Shown in pieces: positions 19,148 to 29,251 of a DNA stretch of 64,000 nt. This DNA comes from Bacteroidota bacterium (GTDB taxonomy: Bacteria; Bacteroidota; Bacteroidia; Bacteroidales; FEN-979), in the NCBI GenBank assembly GCA_037133475.1, contig JBAXOB010000014.1, positions 8,298 through 72,297 of the forward strand, in the 5' to 3' direction. A model generated the notes under the pieces. The model ran no database searches. It was not told where the DNA came from and saw only the letters and a list, made by a program, of their open reading frames with translations. The translations under genes and the position numbers were made by a program. Each line of letters starts with the position of its first letter. The stretch's first letter is position 1.

Positions 19148-19171
19148 TGATATTGAAATAGGTCAATATCA
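19148..19171. promoter_or_regulatory. Perfect inverted repeat TGATATTGA-N6-TCAATATCA (FNR/Crp-like core TTGA-N6-TCAA)
   Basis: 9-bp perfect arms between divergent cassettes 5 and 6. Confidence 0.4.
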
Positions 19172-19184
19172 GCCTCAGGGATCA

Positions 19185-19252
19185 ATGTGTGAATCATGCA
19201 AAGTATTTACAGATTTCTGTAACACTTTCAAGGGCGGGCATCCCTAGTTTTG
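19185..19252 (+). promoter_or_regulatory. Regulon promoter cassette 6 (mlaEFD-AI-2E)
   Basis: ATGTGT GAATCATGCAAA-N9-GATTTCTGTAAC-N21-TAGTTTTG. Confidence 0.9.
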
Positions 19253-19274
19253 CTGATACTAATACCAGATTGAT

Positions 19275-20114
19275 ATGATAAAGTATAATCCTGTTGTGAA
19301 GGTAAAGGGATTCGCCCGCGTGCAATCCGTGAAGCTGGGTGAAAAAACCATGGCGAAAACTGCGCAGGCCGACAGCTTTTTCACCACCATTGCCGACGTT
19401 TACCTGTTTATCGCGAGGATCATCAGGGAAACCTTTACGCGCGACTTTGAATTCCGCGAGTTTTTCCGGCAGTGTTTCCAGATTGGGAATAGATCCCTGC
19501 CGCTGATTTCGGTTACCGGGATCATCATCGGACTGGTACTCACGATCCAGTCGCGGCCGGTTCTGATTCGTTTCGGGGCGGTGTCGCTGCTGCCGGGGAT
19601 GGTGGCCATTTCCCTTATCCGCGAGATGGGGCCGGTGATCACGGCGCTCCTGTGCGCGGGCAAGATCGGATCGGGCATCGGGGCCGAACTGGGATCGATG
19701 AAGGTGACCGAACAAATTGATGCCATGGAGGTCTCCTGTACCAACCCGATCAGGTTCCTGGTAGTTACACGGGTGCTGGCCGCCACCCTGATGATTCCCC
19801 TGCTGATACTTTACGCCGATGCACTGGGCATCCTGGGAAGCTGGGCAGGCGCAAACATCAAGGGTGATGTAACCTTTTACCTCTTTTTTTCGCAGGCCTT
19901 CGGACATGTGAGGTTCATCGATTTTTTCCCGGCCATCATCAAATCATTTTTCTTCGGGGCCGTCATCGGACTGGTTGGATGCTACAAGGGCTACAATGCC
20001 GGTCGCGGAACCGAAAGCGTCGGGATTGCCGCAAATTCCGCGGTGGTGCTGTCATCGCTGCTGGTTATCATCATCGACATGGTAGCGGTCCAGTTAACCG
20101 ACCTGCTTTACTGA
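19275..20114 (+). CDS. mlaE: MlaE-family ABC permease
   Basis: REMGPVITALLCAGKIGSGIGAELGSMKVTEQIDAMEV signature. Confidence 0.93.
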   Translation: MIKYNPVVKVKGFARVQSVKLGEKTMAKTAQADSFFTTIADVYLFIARIIRETFTRDFEFREFFRQCFQIGNRSLPLISVTGIIIGLVLTIQSRPVLIRFGAVSLLPGMVAISLIREMGPVITALLCAGKIGSGIGAELGSMKVTEQIDAMEVSCTNPIRFLVVTRVLAATLMIPLLILYADALGILGSWAGANIKGDVTFYLFFSQAFGHVRFIDFFPAIIKSFFFGAVIGLVGCYKGYNAGRGTESVGIAANSAVVLSSLLVIIIDMVAVQLTDLLY

Positions 20115-20133
20115 TAAAAACAAAATTCCAACA

Positions 20134-20916
20134 ATGAGTACCAATCAAACCGGATCAAGGATTGAAACTCCCTCCCCGGCCGAAAGCAATAAACCGGTCA
20201 TCCGCATTGAGAACCTGAAAAAATCATTTTCCCTGCAGGCGGTGTTGGTCAATCTTTCATTAAAGCTGTATAATGGCGAAAACCTCGTGGTGCTTGGCAA
20301 ATCGGGTTCAGGCAAATCGGTGCTGATAAAATGCATCGTGGGGCTGCTCACCGCCGACAGCGGGACCATCAGTGTCTTTGACGACAATGTGGCAACTCTG
20401 AACAGGAAGGAGCTGGGAGCATTGCGCCAAAAAATCGGGTTCCTTTTCCAGAGTGGCGCCCTGTATGATTCCATGACCGTAAAACAAAACATGGAGTTTC
20501 CCCTGCGCCGCACAAAACGGGATCTAACGGAGAGGGAAATCGACGACAAGGTCAACGAGGTGCTTGAAAATGTGGGTCTTGCCGATGCCCTGCATAAAAT
20601 GCCCTCCCAGCTTTCGGGTGGAATGCGCAAGCGGATCAGCCTGGCGCGCACCATTATTTCGGACCCGCTGATCATGCTTTATGATGAGCCGACCACGGGA
20701 CTCGACCCCGGAACTTCCGACGAAATCAGCGAACTCATCAACGACGTTCAGACGAAATATAAAACATCCTCCATCATCATCACCCATGATATCAGGTGCG
20801 CCAGGAACACGGCAAACCGGATCATCATGCTGCGCGACGGGGATGTATATGCAGAGGGCAGTGTGGCTGACTTTGAAAACTCAGCCGATCCTGTACTTCA
20901 TTCATTTTTCAAATAA
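20134..20916 (+). CDS. mlaF: MlaF-family ABC ATPase
   Basis: GKSGSGKS, LSGGMRKR, YDEPTTGLDP, ITHD. Confidence 0.93.
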   Translation: MSTNQTGSRIETPSPAESNKPVIRIENLKKSFSLQAVLVNLSLKLYNGENLVVLGKSGSGKSVLIKCIVGLLTADSGTISVFDDNVATLNRKELGALRQKIGFLFQSGALYDSMTVKQNMEFPLRRTKRDLTEREIDDKVNEVLENVGLADALHKMPSQLSGGMRKRISLARTIISDPLIMLYDEPTTGLDPGTSDEISELINDVQTKYKTSSIIITHDIRCARNTANRIIMLRDGDVYAEGSVADFENSADPVLHSFFK

Positions 20917-20938
20917 CCTACATAATTCATTGAAATCC

Positions 20939-21682
20939 ATGGACACGCAATCACATAAATTCAAAGTAAGGCTTGGGATGTTTATCGCCGGCGGCCTGGC
21001 GCTCTTCGTGCTGGCCATCTTTATCATCGGGAAACAAAAAAATTTATTCAACCCGGTGTACCGGCTTACCTCGGTTTTTTCAAATGTCAGCGGGCTGCAG
21101 GTCGGGAACAACATCCGTTTCTGTGGCATCAACGTTGGCACAGTTGACCGGATCACGATTATCAACGATTCAAATGTGAGGGTTGAAATGCTGTTAAAGA
21201 AAGAGGTCAGGCAGTTTATCAAATCCGACTGCGAGGTGGCTATCGGTTCCGAAGGAATTATCGGCGACAGGCTATTACTGCTTTCCCAGGGAGGCACCGG
21301 TTCACCGCTGGCAAAAGAGGGACAGGAACTGGTATCGGCCGAACCTGTTGAAACCAGCGCCATTATGAGCAGCTTGCAGGTAACCGCAGGCAATGCCGAG
21401 ATCATCTCACAGCAGCTGGCCGAAATCATGGTCAAAATCAACGATGGGAAAGGCACCCTGGGAAGGCTGATCCAGGATACATCCATCGCGGAGAACTTCA
21501 GCCAGACGATGGTCAATATCAAGAGAAGCACCAAAGGGCTGGACGAAAACATGGAGGCGGCCAAGCACAACTTCCTGCTCAAGGGCTTCTTCAATAAAAA
21601 AGCCGCGGCGGAGGAAAAGGTGAAAAAGGAAACCGAAAAAAAGAGAGTATCCGAACAGAAAGAGGCCGATAAAAAGAAATAA
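20939..21682 (+). CDS. mlaD: MlaD/MCE family protein
   Basis: N-terminal TM, FSNVSGLQVGNNIRFCGINVGTV, GKGTLGRLI. Start MDTQSHK follows the mlaF stop. Confidence 0.92.
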   Translation: MDTQSHKFKVRLGMFIAGGLALFVLAIFIIGKQKNLFNPVYRLTSVFSNVSGLQVGNNIRFCGINVGTVDRITIINDSNVRVEMLLKKEVRQFIKSDCEVAIGSEGIIGDRLLLLSQGGTGSPLAKEGQELVSAEPVETSAIMSSLQVTAGNAEIISQQLAEIMVKINDGKGTLGRLIQDTSIAENFSQTMVNIKRSTKGLDENMEAAKHNFLLKGFFNKKAAAEEKVKKETEKKRVSEQKEADKKK

Positions 21683-21808
21683 CGAGGATCCAGGCTGATG
21701 CCCGGTTTTTGAATAAACAAGGTTAAAAATAACCCGTCAATGAAAAAATAGTTGAACTTTGTCTTTCATGAAAGTACCGGTTTTCGGGTACTCCCAAGAA
21801 ATTCAGCT

Positions 21809-22888
21809 ATGAAAGATATCGTATCGCCTGATGGCTCGCCTGTGGTAAAGGTTGCTTCGCTCATCATCATCCTGGCAGGCGTAATTTATGCAAAATCGAT
21901 CATCACCCCCTGCCTGCTTGCGTTTTTCATCAGTATAATCTGCGCCCAGCCCATTGCCTGGCTGGAGGCCAGGAGGGTGCCGCGGTGGCTGGCAATGATC
22001 ATCGTTATCCTGGGACTGGTCCTGCTTTTTTCGGGATTTGCCCTGCTGATCGGGGGAACTTTATCATCGTTTTCCAGCAATGTGTCAAAATACGAGATCT
22101 CCCTCACCTCCATCAGCGACTCCTTTATCCGCTATCTGAATGACAAGGGGATCAATATTCCCGACAACCAGCTGTCGAATCTGATTCAGCCTGCCAGGAT
22201 CCTTGAATTCACCGCTGCGGCCGTAAATCAACTCCTCAATATGATGGGGAATACCTTCCTGATCCTGCTGATCGTGTTGTTCACCCTGATGGAATTCGGC
22301 AGTTTTTCAGTCAAAGCCAGGGCCATCCTGGCTGTTTCAGAAGATTCGATCTCCTATATTTCCACCATCACCCAAAATATCCGCCACTATCTCGGCATCA
22401 AAACACTGGTTTGCATCGCCACAGGCGTCCTGATCTATGTTGCCATGCTGATCCTGGGCGTTGACTATCCCCTGCTGTGGGCATTGATCGCTGCTTTGAT
22501 GAATTACATCCCGAATATCGGATCCATCATTGCGGCGGTTCCGGCTGTACTGTTTGCCCTGGTACAACTCGGGGTGCCAGGGGCGCTTTGGACCCTCGGA
22601 TCTTTTTTGCTGGTAAACAACATCCTCGGCAACTTTGTTGAACCCCGGATCATGGGCAAAGGGCTGGGGCTTTCAACCCTGGTTGTCTTCCTCTCCCTTC
22701 TCTTCTGGGGATTTATCCTGGGAACGGTGGGGATGTTCCTTTCGGTACCCCTTACCATGACCCTGAAAATAATCATGGAGCAGAACCCGAAAACACACTG
22801 GGTGGCAATCCTTTTGGGAACACCTGCTGAAGCCAGGCATTACCAGCAGCAAAAAGCCACGGCGAAAAAAGAGGCCGCAGGGCATTAG
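21809..22888 (+). CDS. AI-2E family transporter
   Basis: NYIPNIGS, GNFVEPRIMGKGLGLS, WGFILGTVGMFLSVPLT. Confidence 0.92.
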   Translation: MKDIVSPDGSPVVKVASLIIILAGVIYAKSIITPCLLAFFISIICAQPIAWLEARRVPRWLAMIIVILGLVLLFSGFALLIGGTLSSFSSNVSKYEISLTSISDSFIRYLNDKGINIPDNQLSNLIQPARILEFTAAAVNQLLNMMGNTFLILLIVLFTLMEFGSFSVKARAILAVSEDSISYISTITQNIRHYLGIKTLVCIATGVLIYVAMLILGVDYPLLWALIAALMNYIPNIGSIIAAVPAVLFALVQLGVPGALWTLGSFLLVNNILGNFVEPRIMGKGLGLSTLVVFLSLLFWGFILGTVGMFLSVPLTMTLKIIMEQNPKTHWVAILLGTPAEARHYQQQKATAKKEAAGH

Positions 22889-22917
22889 CTCCATTCCGGG
22901 CATTAACCCAAAATAAT

Positions 22918-22942
22918 ACGGCCGGGCTTGCAGCCCGGCCGT
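22918..22942. terminator. Hairpin between convergent genes, probable bidirectional terminator
   Basis: Perfect 11-bp stem ACGGCCGGGCT-tgc-AGCCCGGCCGT. Confidence 0.75.
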
Positions 22943-22977
22943 TTACATTCAATCAAATATATAACAACTGCTTATTC

Positions 22978-25605
22978 TCAGTTCTGCACTTCGATCCTCC
23001 TGATGACCTTATACTGGCTGTTCAGGAATACGACAAAATAGAGGCCGTCGTTTATCGGGCGAAGATCGATCTGTACATCAAGCCTGCCGCCAACGGTGCG
23101 GGTTTCGGGAAGTGCGAATACCTTACTGCCGACCATGTCATACACCAGGATCGAAAAGAGGCCATCTGCAGGGCACCGGATTGATACCGTGAACTCGCCG
23201 TTGTTCGGAACAGGATAGACATTGAAGGATGCCGATGCGGGAAGGTTCTTCATCCCTGATAAGGTAACCCAGACCTTGTTTGAAATATCCGACACACACC
23301 CGTTCAGTGTCACAGAACACCAGTAATTTCCGCTATTGCCGGTCACGGTAAAAACCTGACCGGTAGCCCCGGCAATTGCATTGCCCTCAAAATACCACTG
23401 GTTCCCTGCAGGAGCGCTGCTGGCTAGTATGTTGCCGGTTGCCGAAACCTGGGGAGCCGGCGGGATCGCGTTGACCATGATCATAAAATCGGGGGATAAT
23501 GGCCCGCTACCGCATCCATTAACGCCACTGACCGTGACGACATCATTGCCGGCAACCGGCCCAAAAGTGACCTCTACCTGGTTAGTTTCAGCCCCGGCGG
23601 TTATGGTGGCGCCTGCCGGGATAGTCCAATCATACCCGGTTACACCCATGATGGATGGAGTACTGAAAACAACACCCGAAGCACCCGCACACACTGCCGG
23701 TGGTCCGGTAATGAGCCCGGCTGCAGCCGGCATTGAATTGACAAACAGGTTATAGGCTGTTGGTGCTGATGCTGCACAACCTGATGAATTGCTATAGTTT
23801 ACCGTCACCACCTGCTGCCCGGTACCTGTCCAGGTTATGTTCAGCGTGCTGGTACCCTGCCCGTTTGCAATAATCCCGTCCGTTACCGTCCATATATAAT
23901 TGGATTGCCCGCTTTCTGTATAGTATATGTTGTTCGTTGATCCTGCACACGGGTTGTTGGTGCTTCCTATCGTTGGCACCGGAGAAGGGTTCACAGTCAG
24001 CGAAACATTTGCCGAGGTAATCGCCGGAAGGAATGCGCCCGTAACAACCACGTTGTAATTTGATCCCGCATTAGTTAAACCGGCCGGATTTATGGTTAAG
24101 GTCTGGGAGGTGGTGCCTGAAATATTCCCGCCATTTGTAAGGTTGACACTTCCCTTTTTCCATTGGTAGGTAAGGGAAGTTCCTGATGCATTAATCGAAA
24201 AGCTGGCACTCCCACCGGCACAAACTGCCTGGCTTACCGGTTGGGTAATGATGGTAGGTGACGCCGAACCTCCGCAACCCGGGGGCATGATGGCCGTAAT
24301 GGCAGTTGTACCCAGGGCGCCGGTGGTGGTTAGCCCCCTGCCTTCAAGGTTCACGCCGGTTTTGAAGAGCATGGCCCCGTTATTGCACACAATGGTTCCT
24401 TTGAAAACGGAATAATCATTGATCGACACCGCCCCGTCTACTTTCCAGTAGACATTTTTTGCCAGTGTCCCGTTGGTCAGGATCACCCTTGCATAAGTGC
24501 TGGTCGAAAGCGCGCCATTGATCTTGATGACAAATACCGCGTTTGCATTGCCCTGTGCGTTGAGGTAGACTGTATCGGTAAAGGTGGTCGCTGCGTTCAT
24601 CAGGTAGGTGTGCGGCGTAAGTACCAGGTTCCTGCCGAACTGTGCCGGGTATAGCAGTTCAATATCATAGGGCAGCGCGTTAAGGTAAGTATATACAATA
24701 CCCAGGTCAGCCGCCGCCTGTAAGGTTGCGCCATCCGGGATGGGGTGGATGGTCCCTGTCACAAACAATGGATTAAAACCTGTTGTCAACCCGACATTGG
24801 TACCGATATCTCCGGTGGCGTATGTAATTCCGGCATTGGTCACAGGTCCGCTGGCCGACAACAGCACAAAGCAGCCTGCAGTGGCAAGGGCGGGTGCTGC
24901 GGGCCCCGTAAGCACAGGAGATCCGCAACCGATGGGTGTATAGGCCATAACGCCTGCAACATTGACGGCGCCGGAGGTGGAGAGCGCTCTTCCTTCGAGG
25001 GTATCACCGGTGCTCATGCTGATGGCCGCATTGTTGGCAATGACAGTACCTCTCATGGTGGTGCCTGCTGCCATACTGACGAGTCCTTCAACTTTCCAGA
25101 ACACATTGCACGCCTGCGCTCCATTGATCAGTCTGACCTTAGCATTGGCACCTGTCGAAAAGGGTCCCTGGATTTTAAAAATAAATACCGCACCGGAATT
25201 TCCCTGGGCATCCAGGGTAAGATCCAGGTTCAGGGTGGCGGCACCCGGGATGGCATAAACACCCGCGTTAAGCACCTGTCCGTTTCCCAGCAAAGGCGCC
25301 GGGAAAAAGGCCGGAACCGCACTGTTCAGCAGGTTGCAGGCAATCAGCAGGTCTGCCGCGCACTGGGCGCTTGCCCCACCGGGAGACTGCATCACACCAT
25401 TCACATTGCCAAAACCGGTGATGGCGCCATTATTGGTACCCACGTTGCCGGTAACCTGGGAAATGCCTGTATTGCCAACCGCCCCAACCGTGGAGAAAAG
25501 AACGAATCCGGCGGCTGTTCCAAGCGGAGGAGCCTGTGCAAAATTCAGTAAAGGGAGTAACAAGATCAAAACTGCTGAAAATGACTTAAATAGTATAGTT
25601 TTCAT
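22978..25605 (-). CDS. Tandem DUF3494 (ice-binding family) protein with Ig/PKD-like domains and T9SS CTD
   Basis: Two copies of the LxLDAQGNxxAVFIFKI..NVFWKV..GTVIANN fold, signal peptide MKTILFK, VYPVPNNG T9SS tail. Confidence 0.9.
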   Translation of the reverse strand: MKTILFKSFSAVLILLLPLLNFAQAPPLGTAAGFVLFSTVGAVGNTGISQVTGNVGTNNGAITGFGNVNGVMQSPGGASAQCAADLLIACNLLNSAVPAFFPAPLLGNGQVLNAGVYAIPGAATLNLDLTLDAQGNSGAVFIFKIQGPFSTGANAKVRLINGAQACNVFWKVEGLVSMAAGTTMRGTVIANNAAISMSTGDTLEGRALSTSGAVNVAGVMAYTPIGCGSPVLTGPAAPALATAGCFVLLSASGPVTNAGITYATGDIGTNVGLTTGFNPLFVTGTIHPIPDGATLQAAADLGIVYTYLNALPYDIELLYPAQFGRNLVLTPHTYLMNAATTFTDTVYLNAQGNANAVFVIKINGALSTSTYARVILTNGTLAKNVYWKVDGAVSINDYSVFKGTIVCNNGAMLFKTGVNLEGRGLTTTGALGTTAITAIMPPGCGGSASPTIITQPVSQAVCAGGSASFSINASGTSLTYQWKKGSVNLTNGGNISGTTSQTLTINPAGLTNAGSNYNVVVTGAFLPAITSANVSLTVNPSPVPTIGSTNNPCAGSTNNIYYTESGQSNYIWTVTDGIIANGQGTSTLNITWTGTGQQVVTVNYSNSSGCAASAPTAYNLFVNSMPAAAGLITGPPAVCAGASGVVFSTPSIMGVTGYDWTIPAGATITAGAETNQVEVTFGPVAGNDVVTVSGVNGCGSGPLSPDFMIMVNAIPPAPQVSATGNILASSAPAGNQWYFEGNAIAGATGQVFTVTGNSGNYWCSVTLNGCVSDISNKVWVTLSGMKNLPASASFNVYPVPNNGEFTVSIRCPADGLFSILVYDMVGSKVFALPETRTVGGRLDVQIDLRPINDGLYFVVFLNSQYKVIRRIEVQN

Positions 25606-25645
25606 TTCATTTTTTCTAATCTGTGAAGGAATTTTCACAACACGA

Positions 25646-25713
25646 CAAAGGTCGGCGAGTTCCATGGCCGGTGTGTTACACAATATTCTAAATGAGTTGC
25701 ATGATTCACACCT
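25646..25713 (-). promoter_or_regulatory. Regulon promoter cassette 7 (DUF3494 gene)
   Basis: AGGTGT GAATCATGCAAC-N9-ATATTGTGTAAC-N21-GACCTTTG. Confidence 0.9.
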
Positions 25714-25714
25714 C

Positions 25715-25784
25715 CGCCGGGTAAAAGCGTTTTACCCCGGCGCCGGAAAATCAAAAAAGCTCCCCGGCATAGGTGCCAGGGAGC
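25715..25784 (-). terminator. Two hairpins after the OmpA gene, insulating cassette 7
   Basis: CGCCGGGTAAAA-gcg-TTTTACCCCGGCG and GCTCCCCGGCA-tagg-TGCCAGGGAGC. Confidence 0.6.
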
Positions 25785-25814
25785 CTGTTATTAACCGGGA
25801 TGATCAGGGCCGAA

Positions 25815-27878
25815 CTATTTGGCCGGTATGATATCCAGGATGACCGTACGGTTATAGAAGCGTTCCTCGGGGAACCTGTTTTCAAATGGCGTCAGGTTCT
25901 CATCCTCGCCAAATCCATAAACTTCGAAGGTGACATCTTTCCTGCCTGCTTTGGCCAGTCCATTTTCCAGGATCTCTTTTACATCATTGGCCCGGGCCAG
26001 CGACAACTTCTGGTTATAGTCCTCGTCGCCGATGACATCGGTATAGCCATGCAGGATCAGGGTCGCGTTTACAGGAATCGCAGGAATTACGATCTCATTC
26101 AGGTATTTTTCATAGGTGGCAGTTGCCTTAGATTCATTGAATTCATAGATGATGCTGAATCTTGTCAACCTGTCGGTTTTGGGCGGTGTCCACAGCGTCA
26201 TGGTAACGGAGGTATCTCTCCTGACGGACATCCCGGTTTTCGTCTGGCCGGTCATGGTGATCTTATACACGCCCACCGGCCTTTCACCCAGGATGGTTTT
26301 TCCGGGCATGCTTACCATTTCATGTGTATAGGGTCCGTAATTCTGAACGGCTCCCCGATCGTCTTTAATTTCCAAGGACCAGGAGGTGAGTGCCAGGTTT
26401 CCGCCATCCACCCTGAAGGTGACATAACTGTCAAGCGGTGCCTTCTGCACGCCAAAGATCTCGACAGGTTTCATCTGGCTTTCGGGGCCGCTCTGAAATT
26501 CCATCAGCATGGCAGGCGATGTGCTCCAAATGGAGACCCTGCGGTCGCCTTCACGGAGAAGGTCAAGTTCTTTGGTACCACCCGGTTGTTCCGAGGGAAT
26601 TCTTGGCTTCACACGACCTTCCGTTATAATCCTGGATGGATCGATGCCAAACACAGTTGTCAGGTAATTTTTCACAGATTCGGCCATGACCCGGCCCTCT
26701 TCGGGACCTGCCATGGAGGCGCCTGTCAGCCTGATGGAAGCCGCCGGGTTTTTCTGCATCCGGTCGCCTGTTATGTTAATGATATTATAATAAACAATCA
26801 TCTGCCGTTCAGAGCGACCCGCCAGGTTCTTCGGTGGGAATAATTCAAGATGGTCCTCTTTGAATCCTGCTACCTGTTCTTTCGTCAGCAAAACATACCG
26901 GGCCGGGATCTCCGTTGATCCAAGGTCAAAAAACACATAGTTGCGAAGGGGGAATATCTCCCTGACATTGTATTCGGCAGGGATATTTTTTGGAGCAACC
27001 ACGAAAAACCTGATTTTCGGCTCGGGTGCCGCAACTATTGCGGCAACAGGAATATCCACAACCTTTACCTTATCGCTTTTATAGGCAAATTTATAGGTAA
27101 GGCCGATGGTAGCCGAGCTATACATGTCGTTGACCATTTTCATGGCTCCGCCACGGGTCATATCCAATACATCCGACTTCTGCCATCTCCATGAAAATTC
27201 AACAGGAATGGAAAAATGGCGGTTGATGTTGAAATCAAACCCGATACCCGCATCCGCTTTGATTCTCAGGTCGCTGTGACCAATTCCGTCCGAATTTCCC
27301 ACATCCAGCGCATTGTGCTGGCGGCCCAGGTAAGCAATGTCCTTATCAAGGATCAAATCCCGTTTGGTGCCCATCGACTGGTCCAGGCCAATCCCGGCAA
27401 TAAGGTAGGAGGAGAAAAACCGCCCGGGCTTGTAGCCCATGGCCCAGTTTACCCAGTTAACCGTCACCTGCACGTCCGTTTCGACAATATTCGTTTTGAA
27501 ACTTTGCGATATGTACCCGGGAGTGCCGTTTCCGCCATTATAATCCCAGGTGAACTTGTTTTCCACCCGGCTTTGTACCATGCCATAGGCGATTCTTGCC
27601 CTTGCACCGATAACCCTGGTAAATTGTTTTGTGGCAACAACGCCGACATTATACCCGACACTGTTTGGATAAAGGTTGATCCATAGGTTTTTAGAGAGGT
27701 CGCCATTGAATTGCATGACCCCGCCAAAGACTCCGACGGACCAGTAGTTGTAAGATTGAGCGGCATTATCGCTTTTCCCCTGTACTTTCGAAGCCTCCTG
27801 GGCTATGGAATGGAAGGGTATGATTGCCACCAATGCGACAATCAGTAATCCTGAAATTGTGTTATAGAGCTTTTTCAT
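25815..27878 (-). CDS. OmpA family outer-membrane protein (beta-barrel plus OmpA-like domains)
   Basis: Signal peptide MKKLYNT; barrel ending IGLTYKF; GYTDVIGDEDYNQKLSLARA..NRTV peptidoglycan-binding domain. Confidence 0.88.
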   Translation of the reverse strand: MKKLYNTISGLLIVALVAIIPFHSIAQEASKVQGKSDNAAQSYNYWSVGVFGGVMQFNGDLSKNLWINLYPNSVGYNVGVVATKQFTRVIGARARIAYGMVQSRVENKFTWDYNGGNGTPGYISQSFKTNIVETDVQVTVNWVNWAMGYKPGRFFSSYLIAGIGLDQSMGTKRDLILDKDIAYLGRQHNALDVGNSDGIGHSDLRIKADAGIGFDFNINRHFSIPVEFSWRWQKSDVLDMTRGGAMKMVNDMYSSATIGLTYKFAYKSDKVKVVDIPVAAIVAAPEPKIRFFVVAPKNIPAEYNVREIFPLRNYVFFDLGSTEIPARYVLLTKEQVAGFKEDHLELFPPKNLAGRSERQMIVYYNIINITGDRMQKNPAASIRLTGASMAGPEEGRVMAESVKNYLTTVFGIDPSRIITEGRVKPRIPSEQPGGTKELDLLREGDRRVSIWSTSPAMLMEFQSGPESQMKPVEIFGVQKAPLDSYVTFRVDGGNLALTSWSLEIKDDRGAVQNYGPYTHEMVSMPGKTILGERPVGVYKITMTGQTKTGMSVRRDTSVTMTLWTPPKTDRLTRFSIIYEFNESKATATYEKYLNEIVIPAIPVNATLILHGYTDVIGDEDYNQKLSLARANDVKEILENGLAKAGRKDVTFEVYGFGEDENLTPFENRFPEERFYNRTVILDIIPAK

Positions 27879-27945
27879 ATTTAATTTGTTTTTTGTATTA
27901 AGTTGATCCTGAATTATTTTTAAATATTCTCCATTATTTTTTCGA

Positions 27946-29136
27946 TCAATGAGGAGGGATTTCTCCGCCCTTATGATCTTCGGGTTTTGCCACATGCGGT
28001 TGTGTAGGCTGTGACCTGGGCGCCTGGCCGGGATGCTGCTGCTGTGTTTGCGGCGGCTTCGAGGGCTGCTGCTGCTGCGGGGCCTGGCCGGGATGCTGTT
28101 GCTGTGTTTGCGGCGGTTTCGAAGGCTGCTGCTGCTGCGGGGCCTGGCCGGGATGCTGCTGCTGTGTTTGCGGCGGCTTCGTTGGCTGCTGCTGTTGCGG
28201 TGCCTGGCCGGTTCTCACCGGCGGCAATGACTGATGTTGTACCGGTTGACCTGTCTTCACAGGGGGTAAGGGGTGGTGTATCTCCTGTGGGTTCCCGGCG
28301 GGTTTCGGACTTGCCGCGGATCTCTGTGCAGGAGATTTGAAATCCTTCATATTTTCAACCTTTGCAGGCGCCGGTTTCGGGCCGGATGCCATATTTTTCT
28401 GAACCTGGGGCCTGTACAACTGCAGCTGGTTTTTATTCAGACTCTGCCCTTGTTTCGGGTTTTCCCTGATGGTCACCGGAACAATTGGCTTACCAGCGCG
28501 TTTTTCAACCTCCGATCTCCCGGGCCCGGTATTGTACCTTATATTACGGCCGTTATTTTCGCGGGGGTTGTTGATCACTGTGGAATTATGAACGATGGTG
28601 ACATTCCTTACGGAACTGACATAATAATTGTTTATATCATGCCGCCCAAAATCGCGGTCCCTGACAAAGGTCCACTGGTTATCCGGCACGTAGTAACTAT
28701 TGCCATAGGCAATACTGATACTGATCCCGGGACCAATGGGAGCCCAACCGTAATAACCTTCCGAGCTTCTCCACGTTACCCATCCCGGTCCCCACTCATT
28801 ATCGGGTACCCACATAGGTCCCCAGTTGGGATCGTCGAACCAGCGCCCATAGTGGAAAGGGGCCCATCCCCATGAGTAACCGGATACCCAGGTCCAGCCC
28901 TCGTCGGTGAAAATCCAGTATCCGTTTGTAGAATAGGGGATAAACCCCGGCCCGGCATTGGGCACCCACACATACCCCCAGGTAGGATTGTTTATCCAGG
29001 TACCGTAGGGACTCAGTTCATTATAAAATTCCTGGTAACTGACCGATGTGCCCTGAGCCGGTGCCCTCTGAGGCAACATCCCTGTAGCTGTTAGCAGGAC
29101 GAGGAATAAAACAATACATTTCATTTTAGCATTCAT
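27946..29136 (-). CDS. DUF6600-like secreted protein with Pro/Gln-rich tail
   Basis: FYNELSPYGTW..WGWAPFHYGRW..WGPGWVTWR..GWAP; low-complexity C-terminus. Confidence 0.85.
   Translation of the reverse strand: MNAKMKCIVLFLVLLTATGMLPQRAPAQGTSVSYQEFYNELSPYGTWINNPTWGYVWVPNAGPGFIPYSTNGYWIFTDEGWTWVSGYSWGWAPFHYGRWFDDPNWGPMWVPDNEWGPGWVTWRSSEGYYGWAPIGPGISISIAYGNSYYVPDNQWTFVRDRDFGRHDINNYYVSSVRNVTIVHNSTVINNPRENNGRNIRYNTGPGRSEVEKRAGKPIVPVTIRENPKQGQSLNKNQLQLYRPQVQKNMASGPKPAPAKVENMKDFKSPAQRSAASPKPAGNPQEIHHPLPPVKTGQPVQHQSLPPVRTGQAPQQQQPTKPPQTQQQHPGQAPQQQQPSKPPQTQQQHPGQAPQQQQPSKPPQTQQQHPGQAPRSQPTQPHVAKPEDHKGGEIPPH
28022..28211 (-). repeat. 60-bp coding tandem repeat x3 (GQAPQQQQPSKPPQTQQQHP)
   Basis: GCCTGGCCGG recurs at 28022, 28082, 28142 and 28202. 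Confidence 0.95.
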
Positions 29137-29169
29137 AACTCATTTTTAAGTGATGTGATGATCAGGCTG

Positions 29170-29237
29170 CAAAGGTCATTACACGGCTGGGGGATTGTGT
29201 TACATAATTCCGGGGAAGAGTTACATCATTCACATGC
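29170..29237 (-). promoter_or_regulatory. Regulon promoter cassette 8 (DUF6600-ompA)
   Basis: GCATGT GAATGATGTAAC-N9-GAATTATGTAAC-N21-GACCTTTG. Confidence 0.9.
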
Positions 29238-29251
29238 GGCTACTCTTCACG

